A DNA stretch of 42,601 nucleotides. Origin: a virus (lineage: Duplodnaviria; Caudoviricetes). The DNA is taken from IMG/VR virus record IMGVR_UViG_3300038393_001228, positions 1 to 42,601 of that record, one strand, 5' to 3'. Below are positions 8,743 through 18,021 of the stretch, in pieces. Every line of letters starts with the position of its first letter. The stretch's first letter is position 1. The notes under the pieces were generated by a model, which saw nothing but the letters and a program-made list of their open reading frames with translations, ran no database searches and was not told the origin of the DNA. Both the position numbers and the translations under genes were made by a program.

Positions 8743-10964
8743 CAGAAGCCCTTTGCCCTTGCTCGCGCCTGCTCCGAGGCCCATCCGGCGTAGAGCTGCG
8801 AACCGGTCTTGCGGGCCTCCGCCGCGCTCATCGGGGCGTTTACGTTGATCGTGACCGGCGCATCGCCGCGCATCCCATTGTCATTGCCAACGCTGATGCG
8901 CTCGCCGTGTGAGACGCGGGCGATCGGCAGGCCGTTGAGCGAGAGCATGTTGCGGTCAACGCCACGATTGCCCATGATGCTGAACGAGCCGCCCGTGGCA
9001 AAACCTGGCGTTCCACCGCCAAACAGCGTCGGGTAGGCCGCGTCTACCCCGCCAGCGGAGCCGAACACGCCAAGGCCGCTACTGCCCAACGAACCGCCAC
9101 CCCCGCCGATGCTTCCTGCCGCGCTACCGATCAGGCTGAACAGCATCTTCTGAAGCTGGAGTTTGATTAGTTGGGAAACTATGTCCTGGATTGCCTGAAG
9201 CGCGATGTCGCGCATGGCCTTCCACCCTTCCCCGACGTGGGAAAGAGCGTCAACCAAGCCGTTGAGACCCTGAACCTCAAGGTTCTGGAGGGCTTCGTTC
9301 ATTTGGGCGGCAGTATGCGGAATGCTGCTGAGGTAGCTTTCCAGCGGCCCCGCCGTCTGCTGCATCACGCCCTGTCGGTCGAGTGAGTAATTTTTCTTCA
9401 GGTCAGCAAGGTCGCGGCGGGCGTTCTCCATTTCCTTGAAGTCATTTGATGTTTCAAGGATGTGCTGAAGGGCCTGCTCTTTCTCCTGGTATGCAAGCCT
9501 GAGAAGATCCAGCTCAATCTGCCTGCGCTCGGCCTGCGTTGTTGCCAGGTCGGCCTGCTTTTCCAGCAGCGTCCGCTTGCGCTCAAAGTCGGCTTGATCG
9601 AGGGCGGCATAGTCCTCCGCTCGCCGCGTCTCTTCGTCCTGCAGAACCTTCTGGCGTTTCAGCCCATCCGCCTGATCATAGAGCGCAAGCAGTTTGTCGG
9701 CCTGGGCCTTGCTGATGCCGTCCTGCCCCTTGGAAACCTCAAACTGCTTGACCTTGTAATCCAGCTCAGCCTGATACTGCTGACGCTGAAGGTCTAGAAT
9801 TTGGATTTGGAGATTGTCTTGATCGACGTAATCGGTCGCGAGGTCTTTCCGGGCCTCAAGGATGTCCTGCTGGGCGCGAAGCTCGTCCTGAGAGAAATCG
9901 TAAGCCTTCTGAAGCGCTTCGAGTTGCTTGCGCTGCAATTCCTCGGCGCTGTGGTCCTTCTTGTGCGAACCTTCGGGGGCAAGGAAATTGCCCACATCAG
10001 TCTTGCCGCGAAACTTGAGCGGGGTATCAGAAAGCTTGACCGTGTAAGATTGCGCGCCGCCCGAACCACGGGCCAGTGAAGCGGCCCCGCTGATTAGCGG
10101 ATTGACCGCCACCGCTCCGGCAATGGTCTTCGCCCAGTTCGGCGCCCGCGAAGCCATCTGACTAACCGCGCCCATAAGCGTCAGAATGTCGCTTGCCAGA
10201 TTCGCGATCGAGCTGGCGAAATTGTAAATAGCACTGGCATTATCGGCAACGACGCCGGCGATCTTGGCTTTCAGGACGGTCTCAAGGGCCTCGATCTTGT
10301 CGGCCGTTTTGTCGGCATTCTGGATTTGCTCGTCAGAAAGGACGATGCCGAGCTTCTCTGCGGCGGCGGAGAGGTCGTTAAGACTCCCCTCGGCCCCTGA
10401 CAGAAGGTTGTCGAGCTTGGCGCCCGCCTTACCGAACAGTGCCACCTCAACTGCGGCGCGCTTCGACCGATCTTCGACCGTCTGAAGTTTCTCCGCGATT
10501 AGGCGGAACACCTCGCCGGCATCCTTGCCCTTGAGATCATCAACGCTGATCCCGATGGCATTGAACGCCTTGACCTGCTCCCGCGCGCCGAGCTGGGCCT
10601 TGCCCATGCTAATCGTCAGTTTCTGAAGGCCCGCCTCCAGCGTCTCCTGCGAAACTCCGACTTGACCCGCCGCGTAGCTGAACTCCTGGAGGTCTTTGGT
10701 CGTAACCCCCAGAGTCTCGGCAAGCTCGCCGAGTGAGGCCGCATACTCCAGTGCCGCCTTCCCCGCAGCGAGAACGGCCCCAGCGGTGATGCCAGCCGCC
10801 AGCCCGGCAAGGCTGGACTTGATCGACGCGCCAACACTGCCGAACCGTGTGCGGATATAGCCTGCGGTGCGATCGGCCGTCTTGCGAGACTTTGCCGCCC
10901 CCTGTTCGAAGTTGGCGGTGTCCAGCCCAAGAGATACGCGAAGGGCGCCGATCAGACTGCTCAT
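8742..10964 (-). CDS. Tail tape measure protein
   Basis: IGALRVSLGLDTANFEQG start, long helical Ala-rich body and GFATGG near the C-terminus. Confidence 0.9.
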   Translation of the reverse strand: MSSLIGALRVSLGLDTANFEQGAAKSRKTADRTAGYIRTRFGSVGASIKSSLAGLAAGITAGAVLAAGKAALEYAASLGELAETLGVTTKDLQEFSYAAGQVGVSQETLEAGLQKLTISMGKAQLGAREQVKAFNAIGISVDDLKGKDAGEVFRLIAEKLQTVEDRSKRAAVEVALFGKAGAKLDNLLSGAEGSLNDLSAAAEKLGIVLSDEQIQNADKTADKIEALETVLKAKIAGVVADNASAIYNFASSIANLASDILTLMGAVSQMASRAPNWAKTIAGAVAVNPLISGAASLARGSGGAQSYTVKLSDTPLKFRGKTDVGNFLAPEGSHKKDHSAEELQRKQLEALQKAYDFSQDELRAQQDILEARKDLATDYVDQDNLQIQILDLQRQQYQAELDYKVKQFEVSKGQDGISKAQADKLLALYDQADGLKRQKVLQDEETRRAEDYAALDQADFERKRTLLEKQADLATTQAERRQIELDLLRLAYQEKEQALQHILETSNDFKEMENARRDLADLKKNYSLDRQGVMQQTAGPLESYLSSIPHTAAQMNEALQNLEVQGLNGLVDALSHVGEGWKAMRDIALQAIQDIVSQLIKLQLQKMLFSLIGSAAGSIGGGGGSLGSSGLGVFGSAGGVDAAYPTLFGGGTPGFATGGSFSIMGNRGVDRNMLSLNGLPIARVSHGERISVGNDNGMRGDAPVTINVNAPMSAAEARKTGSQLYAGWASEQARARAKGF

Positions 10965-10972
10965 CGGGCCTC

Positions 10973-11254
10973 CTAGTTTATCTCTCGGATGGACAGGGGC
11001 GCCCCACCGGCCTGCATTTGCATCAGTGCCGCGAACATGGCCTCTGGCGTCTGCGCCTTATATTTCGGCTTCACGACGAGGTAATCGGCCAGGCCTTTGA
11101 GTCGCTTGGTCCGGTCAAACGCCACCGCGTGCCACGCTTGCGTAATGGCTAGGTCGAACTCTCGCTTCTGGCGGCGTGCAGCGCCTTCCATAACCGCGAC
11201 AAATGACTTGGGCGTCTGTTTCCAGAAGCCATCTGGATCAAACCCAGCCGTCAC
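10973..11254 (-). CDS. Tail assembly chaperone T part (reached by -1 frameshift)
   Basis: GFDPDGFWKQTPK motif. Lies in the -1 frame relative to 11263..11628. Confidence 0.75.
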   Translation of the reverse strand: MTAGFDPDGFWKQTPKSFVAVMEGAARRQKREFDLAITQAWHAVAFDRTKRLKGLADYLVVKPKYKAQTPEAMFAALMQMQAGGAPLSIREIN

Positions 11255-11262
11255 CCACTCGA

Positions 11263-11628
11263 TCAGGAAGCCTTTGATGCTCCACGCCGCCTTGGAGGGT
11301 TTTTGCCCTTCGCTTCCGGCTCTACGCTAAAGGCTCGCATCAGCAGGGAGCTCATCGCCAGGCCAACCGCAGCGGAGGTCGCCTTGCTGAGCATCAATCC
11401 GCCAGCGTCGTCCAGCGTGGACTCGGGATGATGCTCACGCATCAGGCCCCAAAGAACTTTACCTATCAGGTTCAGTGGAGCTCTTCCCCCGAGCACTGCC
11501 GGCAGGATGTCATCCATGCCCTGCTCGGCCAGCCCCTCGATCGCGGTCAGAGCGCGGAAGTTGATGGCGAGCCGCAAAGACCCGCCATCAAGAGCAACCG
11601 TTTCCTCCTCGTAAAAGGTCGGAAACAT
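11263..11628 (-). CDS. Tail assembly chaperone G
   Basis: Located between the tail tube and tape measure genes. Ends in ...KGKNP with a slippery site. Confidence 0.75.
   Translation of the reverse strand: MFPTFYEEETVALDGGSLRLAINFRALTAIEGLAEQGMDDILPAVLGGRAPLNLIGKVLWGLMREHHPESTLDDAGGLMLSKATSAAVGLAMSSLLMRAFSVEPEAKGKNPPRRRGASKAS
11299..11305 (-). other. Putative -1 programmed frameshift site C AAA AAC
   Basis: The -1 frame is open from here (KPSKAAWSIKGFLIEWVTAGFDP) into the T ORF. Confidence 0.6.
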
Positions 11629-12053
11629 CAGACCGTCGCGTAGCTCGGGGAGCCGGTGAAGCGAACCGTCAGGGTCGCCGTCTTGCGATCGTCGATCGGA
11701 TCATTCGGCACCCAGCCCTTCACGACGCAGTTGCCGGTGATCTCCTGATTCGAGCCGCTGGAAATCGGCAGGACGATCTTGAACGCGCGCACAACCCGAT
11801 CGGCAATCGCCGCGCGGATCAGAACGTCAGTCGCGTTGCCGGGGATGAAGTTGAACTCGAAATCGCCCGATCCATAATCGACCAGGCCAGAGATAAACTC
11901 GCGGGCAGTCGAAGCCATGTGCGTGGCCTCAACGTCGTCAATCTGCGGGTTGGGCGGCGTAACCGAAAGAAGCTCATCGAGCTGGGTCAGGACGGCGCTG
12001 GCGTTCGCAAGCCAGAACTGCGAACCCAGCCCAATGGTCACATTGGTGGACAT
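11628..12053 (-). CDS. Major tail tube protein
   Basis: DDVEATHMAS.AREFISGLVDYG...DDRKTATLTVRFTG. Confidence 0.85.
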   Translation of the reverse strand: MSTNVTIGLGSQFWLANASAVLTQLDELLSVTPPNPQIDDVEATHMASTAREFISGLVDYGSGDFEFNFIPGNATDVLIRAAIADRVVRAFKIVLPISSGSNQEITGNCVVKGWVPNDPIDDRKTATLTVRFTGSPSYATV

Positions 12054-12134
12054 CTAAAAGGCTCCATTTGAAGGAAGCGCCGCTTCACAGCGGGGCGGCT
12101 CGACTTGCCCAAGGCCGGACTAAGGCTATCCCGA

Positions 12135-12521
12135 TCAGGGAATTGTGTGCAGGAGGTTTCCACGCACCATGACGCGGTAAACCAGGCCGTTGTCGGTATC
12201 TTCGACCGAGGAATTGGCGGCGAGAAACGCGCCAAGGAAGGCGACTCCACCGCTAGTCAGCGGCGGCTGCAGTTCCGTAATCACCGCCTCCGCCAGATTG
12301 TGCGCGTCGGAGGCGTTCGCGGCCCAGCAATCGGCCTGAATGATTGTGTTTCGCGTCGCCTGCGGACCGCCCATGTGCTGATCGCGATTGTCGAACATCG
12401 AAAGCGTAACTGAGGGCAGCGGCTTGCCTTGCGGGCGCGCATCCCAGTCAACCCGCGTTCCGACCATCCCGGTAATCGTCGAATTGTTCAGCAGGCGCGA
12501 ACGGAGGGCTTGCTGCATCAT
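12135..12521 (-). CDS. Tail terminator (DUF3168-like)
   Basis: ALRSRLL...RVDWDARPQG..LP...IQADCWA. Position in the neck module. Confidence 0.8.
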   Translation of the reverse strand: MMQQALRSRLLNNSTITGMVGTRVDWDARPQGKPLPSVTLSMFDNRDQHMGGPQATRNTIIQADCWAANASDAHNLAEAVITELQPPLTSGGVAFLGAFLAANSSVEDTDNGLVYRVMVRGNLLHTIP

Positions 12522-12949
12522 AGCTTGCCCTTCTTTCTCAGCCTCGCGGCCGATTTTTCTATTTCAGCGCCAAGCGTCGTCGAGATGATCTGCAGCGCTT
12601 GGTTCTTCGTAGCGGCCCATGCGTGGTCAAACCACATCTGCGGCGCGTCCTTGAACGTCCCGAAGTTTGTAAACATGCCCCTGGAAAGCGCGGTGCCGAT
12701 GTAGATCTCAGAGAACGATTTGCCAGCTCGTCGGGCGTCCCGCGCTTGACTCTTCGTCAGTTTGGTCCCGACATGAATGTCCGTTTCCAGGTCGCCCGTT
12801 TCCTTCGGCGCATTGTCCTTAGCCGCCGCCGCGACCGGCTCCGCAGCGGGCTTGAGAACACGCTTCAGGGCATTTCGGGCGGTGGCCTTCGGCAGCTCTG
12901 CGAGCGCCGCATCCAGTTCTTTCAAACCGGAAATGCTAACCTGCGTCAT
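12518..12949 (-). CDS. HK97 gp10-like tail completion protein
   Basis: ISGLKELDAALAELPKA...AP.ETGDL...FGT...PQMW. Confidence 0.8.
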   Translation of the reverse strand: MTQVSISGLKELDAALAELPKATARNALKRVLKPAAEPVAAAAKDNAPKETGDLETDIHVGTKLTKSQARDARRAGKSFSEIYIGTALSRGMFTNFGTFKDAPQMWFDHAWAATKNQALQIISTTLGAEIEKSAARLRKKGKL

Positions 12950-13268
12950 CGGCTGCCGCGATGGTCTCTACAAGCATCCAGCCCCGTCGCGGGCTGCTCA
13001 CGTTGATGATGTTCCGAGGAACGCCATCCAGCACGCGATCCTTTGCGTTCAGGTCGGCCCAGCTTGAGTCCTCACGGATTTCATAGTTGGCCTTGCCGAA
13101 AGCTTCAGTTTGGGCGGCTGCGGCCCGCTCCGCTCCCGTCAGGGGAATGAAGCGAGCCCATACAGTGGCAAGCGTGCCGAACGCGCCGGGTTGGGTGGAA
13201 AAGCCATTATCGCTTTCCGCGCCCTGACGCTGAAGCGTCACCCGGCGATCGAGCTTGCCCGCGTCCAT
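12936..13268 (-). CDS. Head-tail adaptor / head closure protein
   Basis: MDAGKLDRRVTLQR...TVWA...G.E. Confidence 0.85.
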   Translation of the reverse strand: MDAGKLDRRVTLQRQGAESDNGFSTQPGAFGTLATVWARFIPLTGAERAAAAQTEAFGKANYEIREDSSWADLNAKDRVLDGVPRNIINVSSPRRGWMLVETIAAADDAG

Positions 13269-13685
13269 TTAGAGCGCCACGCCAGCCTCAAGGAAGCCTA
13301 GTTTCAGGACGGTCGTTGACGTTGCTATGCCGAGCGCAACCGGATAATCGCCGGTGGCGTTGTCAGCCACAGGACGGATACCGCCCGCGGTTCCCGACAG
13401 GTAGTAAACGACGCCAGCCGTAAGGGTTGCGCCAATCGTGATCGAGCCACCGATGCCGCGCTGAACGGCAAGAGGCTGGTTGGCAAGGGCGCCGTGGAGC
13501 GCGATACCATAGGGCGAGCGGACGGCTGCGGTCGCGCTGTTACAGTCGGCAAGCTTAAACTTGTTATCCGAGCTGTCGAGGTAAACCACCTGGCCGGCGG
13601 TAATCGTCGCGCCAGCGGTGCCCTCAACGACAGTTGCGCCTGAACCGGCGGCGACATTCGCCACCGTAATCGAAAGATCGGCCAT
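13269..13685 (-). CDS. Virion structural protein (decoration/cement-like)
   Basis: Gly/Ala/Thr-rich, AGATITAGQVVY motif, located in the head-neck module. Confidence 0.55.
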   Translation of the reverse strand: MADLSITVANVAAGSGATVVEGTAGATITAGQVVYLDSSDNKFKLADCNSATAAVRSPYGIALHGALANQPLAVQRGIGGSITIGATLTAGVVYYLSGTAGGIRPVADNATGDYPVALGIATSTTVLKLGFLEAGVAL

Positions 13686-13701
13686 TTAAATTATCCCTGC
13701 G

Positions 13702-14244
13702 TTAGAAGCGGCGAGCATTCGCCAGAAGATTGGTTGCGGCCTCGGGAAGTGACGAGCTTGAGCGGTCGTCATACCAAGCCGCTAGGGTGACCAGGATTGC
13801 CTGCTTCACCATCTCAGACGCCGAAGACGCGCCAGCTACGGCGGTCACGGTGATGGCATCAGAAGCAGAGCGAAGTGCGGGCCAGCTTTGATTGACCTTG
13901 AGCCTAATGCTGGGATCAAGACCGACCAAAACGGCCTCGTAAATGGATGTCGAAAGCGTCTGCGAATTGCCGTCAGGATCGAGATAAGTGATCCCTGAAA
14001 TTGAGGCGATCGGCGCCACGGGAAGATCGATGAAGTCGCAGAAGGATGAGCAACGCAGCACAACAGTCTGCGTAATCAGCTTCGTCCCGGTATATTGCTC
14101 GACCAGGATGCGCGCGGCCTTGATCGCCCGCGTGATCCATGTGTCGCTGTCCGTGCCGTCGATACGGGCCTGCTCCTTCACCTCGGCAGAGGTCAGGGGC
14201 TCGGAAGTGGGGTCAGCGGAAACCGTGACGGGAAGCCAGCTCAT
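13702..14244 (-). CDS. Head-tail connector (gp6-like)
   Basis: EPLTSAEVKEQARID...AARILVEQYTG..LITQT...KQAILV...WYDDR. Confidence 0.85.
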   Translation of the reverse strand: MSWLPVTVSADPTSEPLTSAEVKEQARIDGTDSDTWITRAIKAARILVEQYTGTKLITQTVVLRCSSFCDFIDLPVAPIASISGITYLDPDGNSQTLSTSIYEAVLVGLDPSIRLKVNQSWPALRSASDAITVTAVAGASSASEMVKQAILVTLAAWYDDRSSSSLPEAATNLLANARRF

Positions 14245-14411
14245 CGTGTCTCCCTCGGCCTTTTCACCGCGCGTTCGATCTTCGGCTTGGCAGGGACGGC
14301 GAAGCCCGCTTCGATAAGGCGAATTGCCTCAGCGTCAGCGAACTCCGCCTCATCCCCCGGATTGAGCATAAGGCGCGCCCCAGCGAGGCACACCTCCATC
14401 CTCACCCGCAC
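14241..14411 (-). CDS. Small head-module protein
   Basis: MRVRMEVCLAG...PGDEAEFADAEAIRLIEAGFAVP fills the gap. Its stop overlaps the connector start. Confidence 0.6.
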   Translation of the reverse strand: MRVRMEVCLAGARLMLNPGDEAEFADAEAIRLIEAGFAVPAKPKIERAVKRPRETR

Positions 14412-14413
14412 AG

Positions 14414-14791
14414 CTAGGCTTCCGCCTTCTGCACTGCGAAGTTGATGACCAACACGTTGTCGCCGGCGTTGGCGGCGTGAAGATTGGTCAGCGTGATCTG
14501 GAACGAACCGGCGGCAACCGCAGTCACCGCAGGGATAAACGTGCCAGCCGACGTGTGCGTCTTGATGCAGACGTTCACAACGTCAGTCGCCGCGACCTTA
14601 TTACAGTTGACCGTGAACTGCGCCTCGGCGCCGGCCGCGACAGTCTGCGAGACGGTCGTGATAACACCAGAGTATGCGTTGCAAGTCACAGCGGTGGAAA
14701 TGTTGGTAGCCTGCGTTACCGCAGTCTGCCCTTGAACGACCAGAACGCCATCGCCATTGCGATAGGCGCTCGTGTTGTATGAACCAGCCAT
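14414..14791 (-). CDS. Putative capsid decoration protein
   Basis: Immediately after the capsid gene, beta-rich, GGAGAGG RBS. Confidence 0.55.
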   Translation of the reverse strand: MAGSYNTSAYRNGDGVLVVQGQTAVTQATNISTAVTCNAYSGVITTVSQTVAAGAEAQFTVNCNKVAATDVVNVCIKTHTSAGTFIPAVTAVAAGSFQITLTNLHAANAGDNVLVINFAVQKAEA

Positions 14792-14803
14792 GTTGGCCTC
14801 TCC

Positions 14804-14833
14804 AAAAAGTAGGGGAGAGCCGAAGCCCTCCCC
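14804..14833 (-). terminator. Rho-independent terminator after the major capsid gene
   Basis: GGGGAGGGC-TTCG-GCTCTCCCC followed by TACTTTTT. Confidence 0.8.
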
Positions 14834-14842
14834 GGATTGAGG

Positions 14843-16105
14843 TTAAGCCAGCTTGAGGTGCTTGATGGCGCTGGACTGGATCAGATCGCCGTCGAGGCGG
14901 ACGATGCCGGCGAGGCCAATGTTCGGCCAGTAGTATTCGCGCCGCACGCCGATCATCGGAGCGCCGACCTTGCGGACGTAATACTTGCTGAAGTCACCGA
15001 ACAGGATCAGCTTCTGGCCCGTGGTGAAGGCCGAGCTCATCGCCTGGTTCACCGAGTAGGGCTGACCGAGCAGCGAGCCGGGGGCGCCCGAACGAATGTC
15101 GCCCATCGACCAGATATACTGGCCGTTGCCGTCCTTCAGCTTGCGAACCGCAGCGAGCACCGAATCGTGCAGCATGAAGCGGCACTTCGGCGAAGCGCGG
15201 TAGGCCGGATCGACCGAGTGAAGCAGGTCGATAACTTCGTCCGCAGTGAAGGCCGAGGTCGAAGCCGCCGTCTTACCGGCCGCAGAGGCCACAACGACGC
15301 CGTTCGGATCGCCCGTGCCGTCACCCGTGGTCAGCTCGACGTTGACGCGGCGGGCAAGACGCTCGCCGAGCAATTCGCCGATGAACTGCTCGATGTCGAT
15401 ATTGCTGTCCTGAAGCAGCTCCATCGAGACCTGGATCCACTTGGTGTCGTAATCAAACGCATTCAGCGTCATCTTCGCGAAGGTCACGTCGGCGCTGGCG
15501 TCGTCCGTCATGGCCGAGCCTTCCGTGTGCTGCACAACGGCAACAGCGGTGTCGTCAACGGTCGGGAAGTCGATCGCGTTGCCCGAAGCGGTGTTCAGGA
15601 CGGTGCAAATCGCTTCGTCATACATCGGCCCCCACATCTTCAGGGTCTTATCGACCTGAGCCGCAAGGTCGGTCGGGACGGTGTAACCGCCTGCCGCCGC
15701 CGTGGTGGACTGGGCACGGAACTCGGCGACACCAGCCTTCAGTGCCGCACGATGCTCGTCCGAAAGGGCCTGCGGGTCGAAGCCAGCACGGGCGAGCGCA
15801 ACGAACGCATCGCGATATTCCGGCTTCTTGAGGTCTTCGGTGCCACGAGCTTCGGCGCCCTGGTCGGGGCGGTTACTCTCGCGGGCGCGCTTCTCGGCTG
15901 CTTCACGCTCGGCTTCGAAGGCCGCAACGCGGGTTTCGCGAGCGATCGTCGCGTCGAGCTTGTCGAGCTCGCCCATGATCGTGTCGTGGCGCTGCTCCAG
16001 CTCCGCTGCGCGGGCTTCGTCGGTGTTGGCCTTGATTTCGTCGAGAGCCGAACGGGCCTCGGTGACAAGCTGACCGCGCTTGTCATGCATCTCATTGAGA
16101 TTCAT
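14843..16105 (-). CDS. HK97-family major capsid protein
   Basis: Coiled-coil delta domain, AGGYTVP, VSMELLQDS, LKDGNGQYIW and FGDFSKY. Start placed after a GGAG RBS. Confidence 0.95.
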   Translation of the reverse strand: MNLNEMHDKRGQLVTEARSALDEIKANTDEARAAELEQRHDTIMGELDKLDATIARETRVAAFEAEREAAEKRARESNRPDQGAEARGTEDLKKPEYRDAFVALARAGFDPQALSDEHRAALKAGVAEFRAQSTTAAAGGYTVPTDLAAQVDKTLKMWGPMYDEAICTVLNTASGNAIDFPTVDDTAVAVVQHTEGSAMTDDASADVTFAKMTLNAFDYDTKWIQVSMELLQDSNIDIEQFIGELLGERLARRVNVELTTGDGTGDPNGVVVASAAGKTAASTSAFTADEVIDLLHSVDPAYRASPKCRFMLHDSVLAAVRKLKDGNGQYIWSMGDIRSGAPGSLLGQPYSVNQAMSSAFTTGQKLILFGDFSKYYVRKVGAPMIGVRREYYWPNIGLAGIVRLDGDLIQSSAIKHLKLA

Positions 16106-16196
16106 GGAAGAAAACTCCATCTAAGGGAAAGCGCCGTCGTCTCGACGGTGCAGAATGCCTTTCCGAAGGGCTGTTGCGGCTCGGCTTGCGCCGGGA

Positions 16197-16808
16197 TTAT
16201 TCGGGCTTGATGCCCCGAAACTTTTGCTCTGACTCCGCCTTGCGGGCAGCGATGCGGGCGCGGGCTGCGGAAGCGTTGCGCTCGGCAATCTCCCGCTTGC
16301 TGCGTTCGTCGTTAAGCGAGCGAAGGGCCAGCTCAGTGTCCTCGTATGCGGGGAACGCAACCGCGCTCACCTCGAACAGATCAACCTTGTGAATCGTGCG
16401 GGTCGGCGGGTTTGAGCTTTCGTCCCATTCGTCGTGAGTGACGCGAAAGCCGAAGCTCATTCCAGAAATATCGCCGCGCTCCAGGCTCACCGCCAAGTCG
16501 CGGCCATCGGAAGTGTCAGGCAAGTCGATTTCAGCCGCCAGCCCCTTGGGGTCTTCCTTCAGGCGAAGCGTGCCGGCCGCCGTGCGCCCAATCACCCGGC
16601 CGCTGTCGTGGTCGATCAATGCACGGATGTCGCCCTTGAGCGTTTCCGCGAAAGCGCCGGGCGCGATGATCTCGCGAAACATGCCGCCAATGTCGGCGGC
16701 GGAATTGAACAGGGCTGCGTAGCCCGCAATCGTCTTGCCCTTGTCGCCCGCCCGAATTTCCGGCGTGGCAACAAGCGCCCTACGCTCCATTGTCATTATT
16801 TCCCCCAT
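16197..16808 (-). CDS. HK97 prohead protease
   Basis: GYAALFN, EIIAPGAF, ALIDHD, GMSFGF and LFEVSAVAFPAY. Confidence 0.95.
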   Translation of the reverse strand: MGEIMTMERRALVATPEIRAGDKGKTIAGYAALFNSAADIGGMFREIIAPGAFAETLKGDIRALIDHDSGRVIGRTAAGTLRLKEDPKGLAAEIDLPDTSDGRDLAVSLERGDISGMSFGFRVTHDEWDESSNPPTRTIHKVDLFEVSAVAFPAYEDTELALRSLNDERSKREIAERNASAARARIAARKAESEQKFRGIKPE

Positions 16809-18021
16809 CGGGCAGGCCCGGTTCAGGCTGCGTTCCCAGCGGGACCGTCGCCCCTTGAATTAGAAGCTCGTCGCCATCTGGCAGCGCGGGCAGGTTCTCT
16901 AGCGCGCGGACCTCATTCGGCGTGCGGATGGCGTTCTGGACGGCCTGGCTGTGGCCGGTCATCCGCGCCTGGTAATCACCGCGCAGCAGCCCATCGAGAT
17001 TATGCTCGACGTAGCGGCCGCCGTTGCGCTGACCGAACAGTTTCAGGTTGCACTCTTCCTCAAAGGCCTGTGACCATTGGCCGATCAGATGCTTGACGAA
17101 GAACAAGTCCTGCTGCTCGCTGTTCGAGAAGGTCGCGTTCGTCAGATCCTGAAGGAACACGGGCGGAATGTTGAACAGCCGCGCAATCTGCTCCACCACA
17201 AAGCGGTGAGCATCGGTCATTTGTCCCTTCTCAGGGTCGAAGCCGATCGGCGTTAGCTTGTAGCTCGGCGGAATGCCGAAGATCGGCGTGTCCGCTTGCC
17301 GCGCCGCGTCGATCGCCCGCTGAACATCCGCCATCGCCCGCTTCATCGCCTCGGGGCCGGCGGGCATTGGCCCCTCCAGCGCGAGGGGTGGAACGCCGCC
17401 GCCAGCGAAGAACTTGGCGCCGTATTCGTTCATCGCCAGCGCGAGCTGGATAACCTTCGCGCCCTTCGTGATCGGGCTGTAATGGCAGAGACCGTCCGCC
17501 TTCAGCATGAAGGGAACGTCGATTATCTCGTTGGCCTGATAGGTCTTTGATCCGACTTCGTAAGTCGTCACGCCCAGCGGCGTGCGGCGAATCTGGACCT
17601 TGCACGGGTCGATCGGCCACAGTGCCACGATATTCGAGCCGGAGCGCTCGATGTAGAGCAGCCCACGTCCGCCAGTGAACACTTGCTGCCAGAAATGCTG
17701 GCGGAGCTTGAAACTCGTCCACTCCGGGTTGGGGGCTTCGTGAATGAGCGTTTCGAGCCCGCCGTCGATCTTGACCGGCCCATCTTGCGTATTGCGGTAG
17801 GAATGGAGCGGCAGAGCGGCGAGCGTGCGAGACAGGAAGGACACCGCAGCCCACACCGCCGGGACGGTCAGCGCGGATTCGATCGAAACTGACGGCAGCG
17901 AGATACTGCCGAGACCGAGAACCTGGAACACATTCGCTCCAGGCCGCTCAATACTGTCGCCGGTCAGGCTCGTAATCATCCTCTGTTCAAGGCCGAGCGC
18001 CTTACGCAGCGACCACGCCAT
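16780..18021 (-). CDS. HK97-family portal protein
   Basis: ALTVPAVWAAV, PNPEWTS, IARLFNIPP, ATFSNSEQQ and TPNEVRALENLP. Confidence 0.95.
   Translation of the reverse strand: MAWSLRKALGLEQRMITSLTGDSIERPGANVFQVLGLGSISLPSVSIESALTVPAVWAAVSFLSRTLAALPLHSYRNTQDGPVKIDGGLETLIHEAPNPEWTSFKLRQHFWQQVFTGGRGLLYIERSGSNIVALWPIDPCKVQIRRTPLGVTTYEVGSKTYQANEIIDVPFMLKADGLCHYSPITKGAKVIQLALAMNEYGAKFFAGGGVPPLALEGPMPAGPEAMKRAMADVQRAIDAARQADTPIFGIPPSYKLTPIGFDPEKGQMTDAHRFVVEQIARLFNIPPVFLQDLTNATFSNSEQQDLFFVKHLIGQWSQAFEEECNLKLFGQRNGGRYVEHNLDGLLRGDYQARMTGHSQAVQNAIRTPNEVRALENLPALPDGDELLIQGATVPLGTQPEPGLPDGGNNDNGA

Noticed and set aside
14837-16210. 457-aa plus-strand ORF and other long antisense ORFs
   Set aside because: These are shadow frames of high-GC genes such as the capsid gene, with no motifs or RBS.
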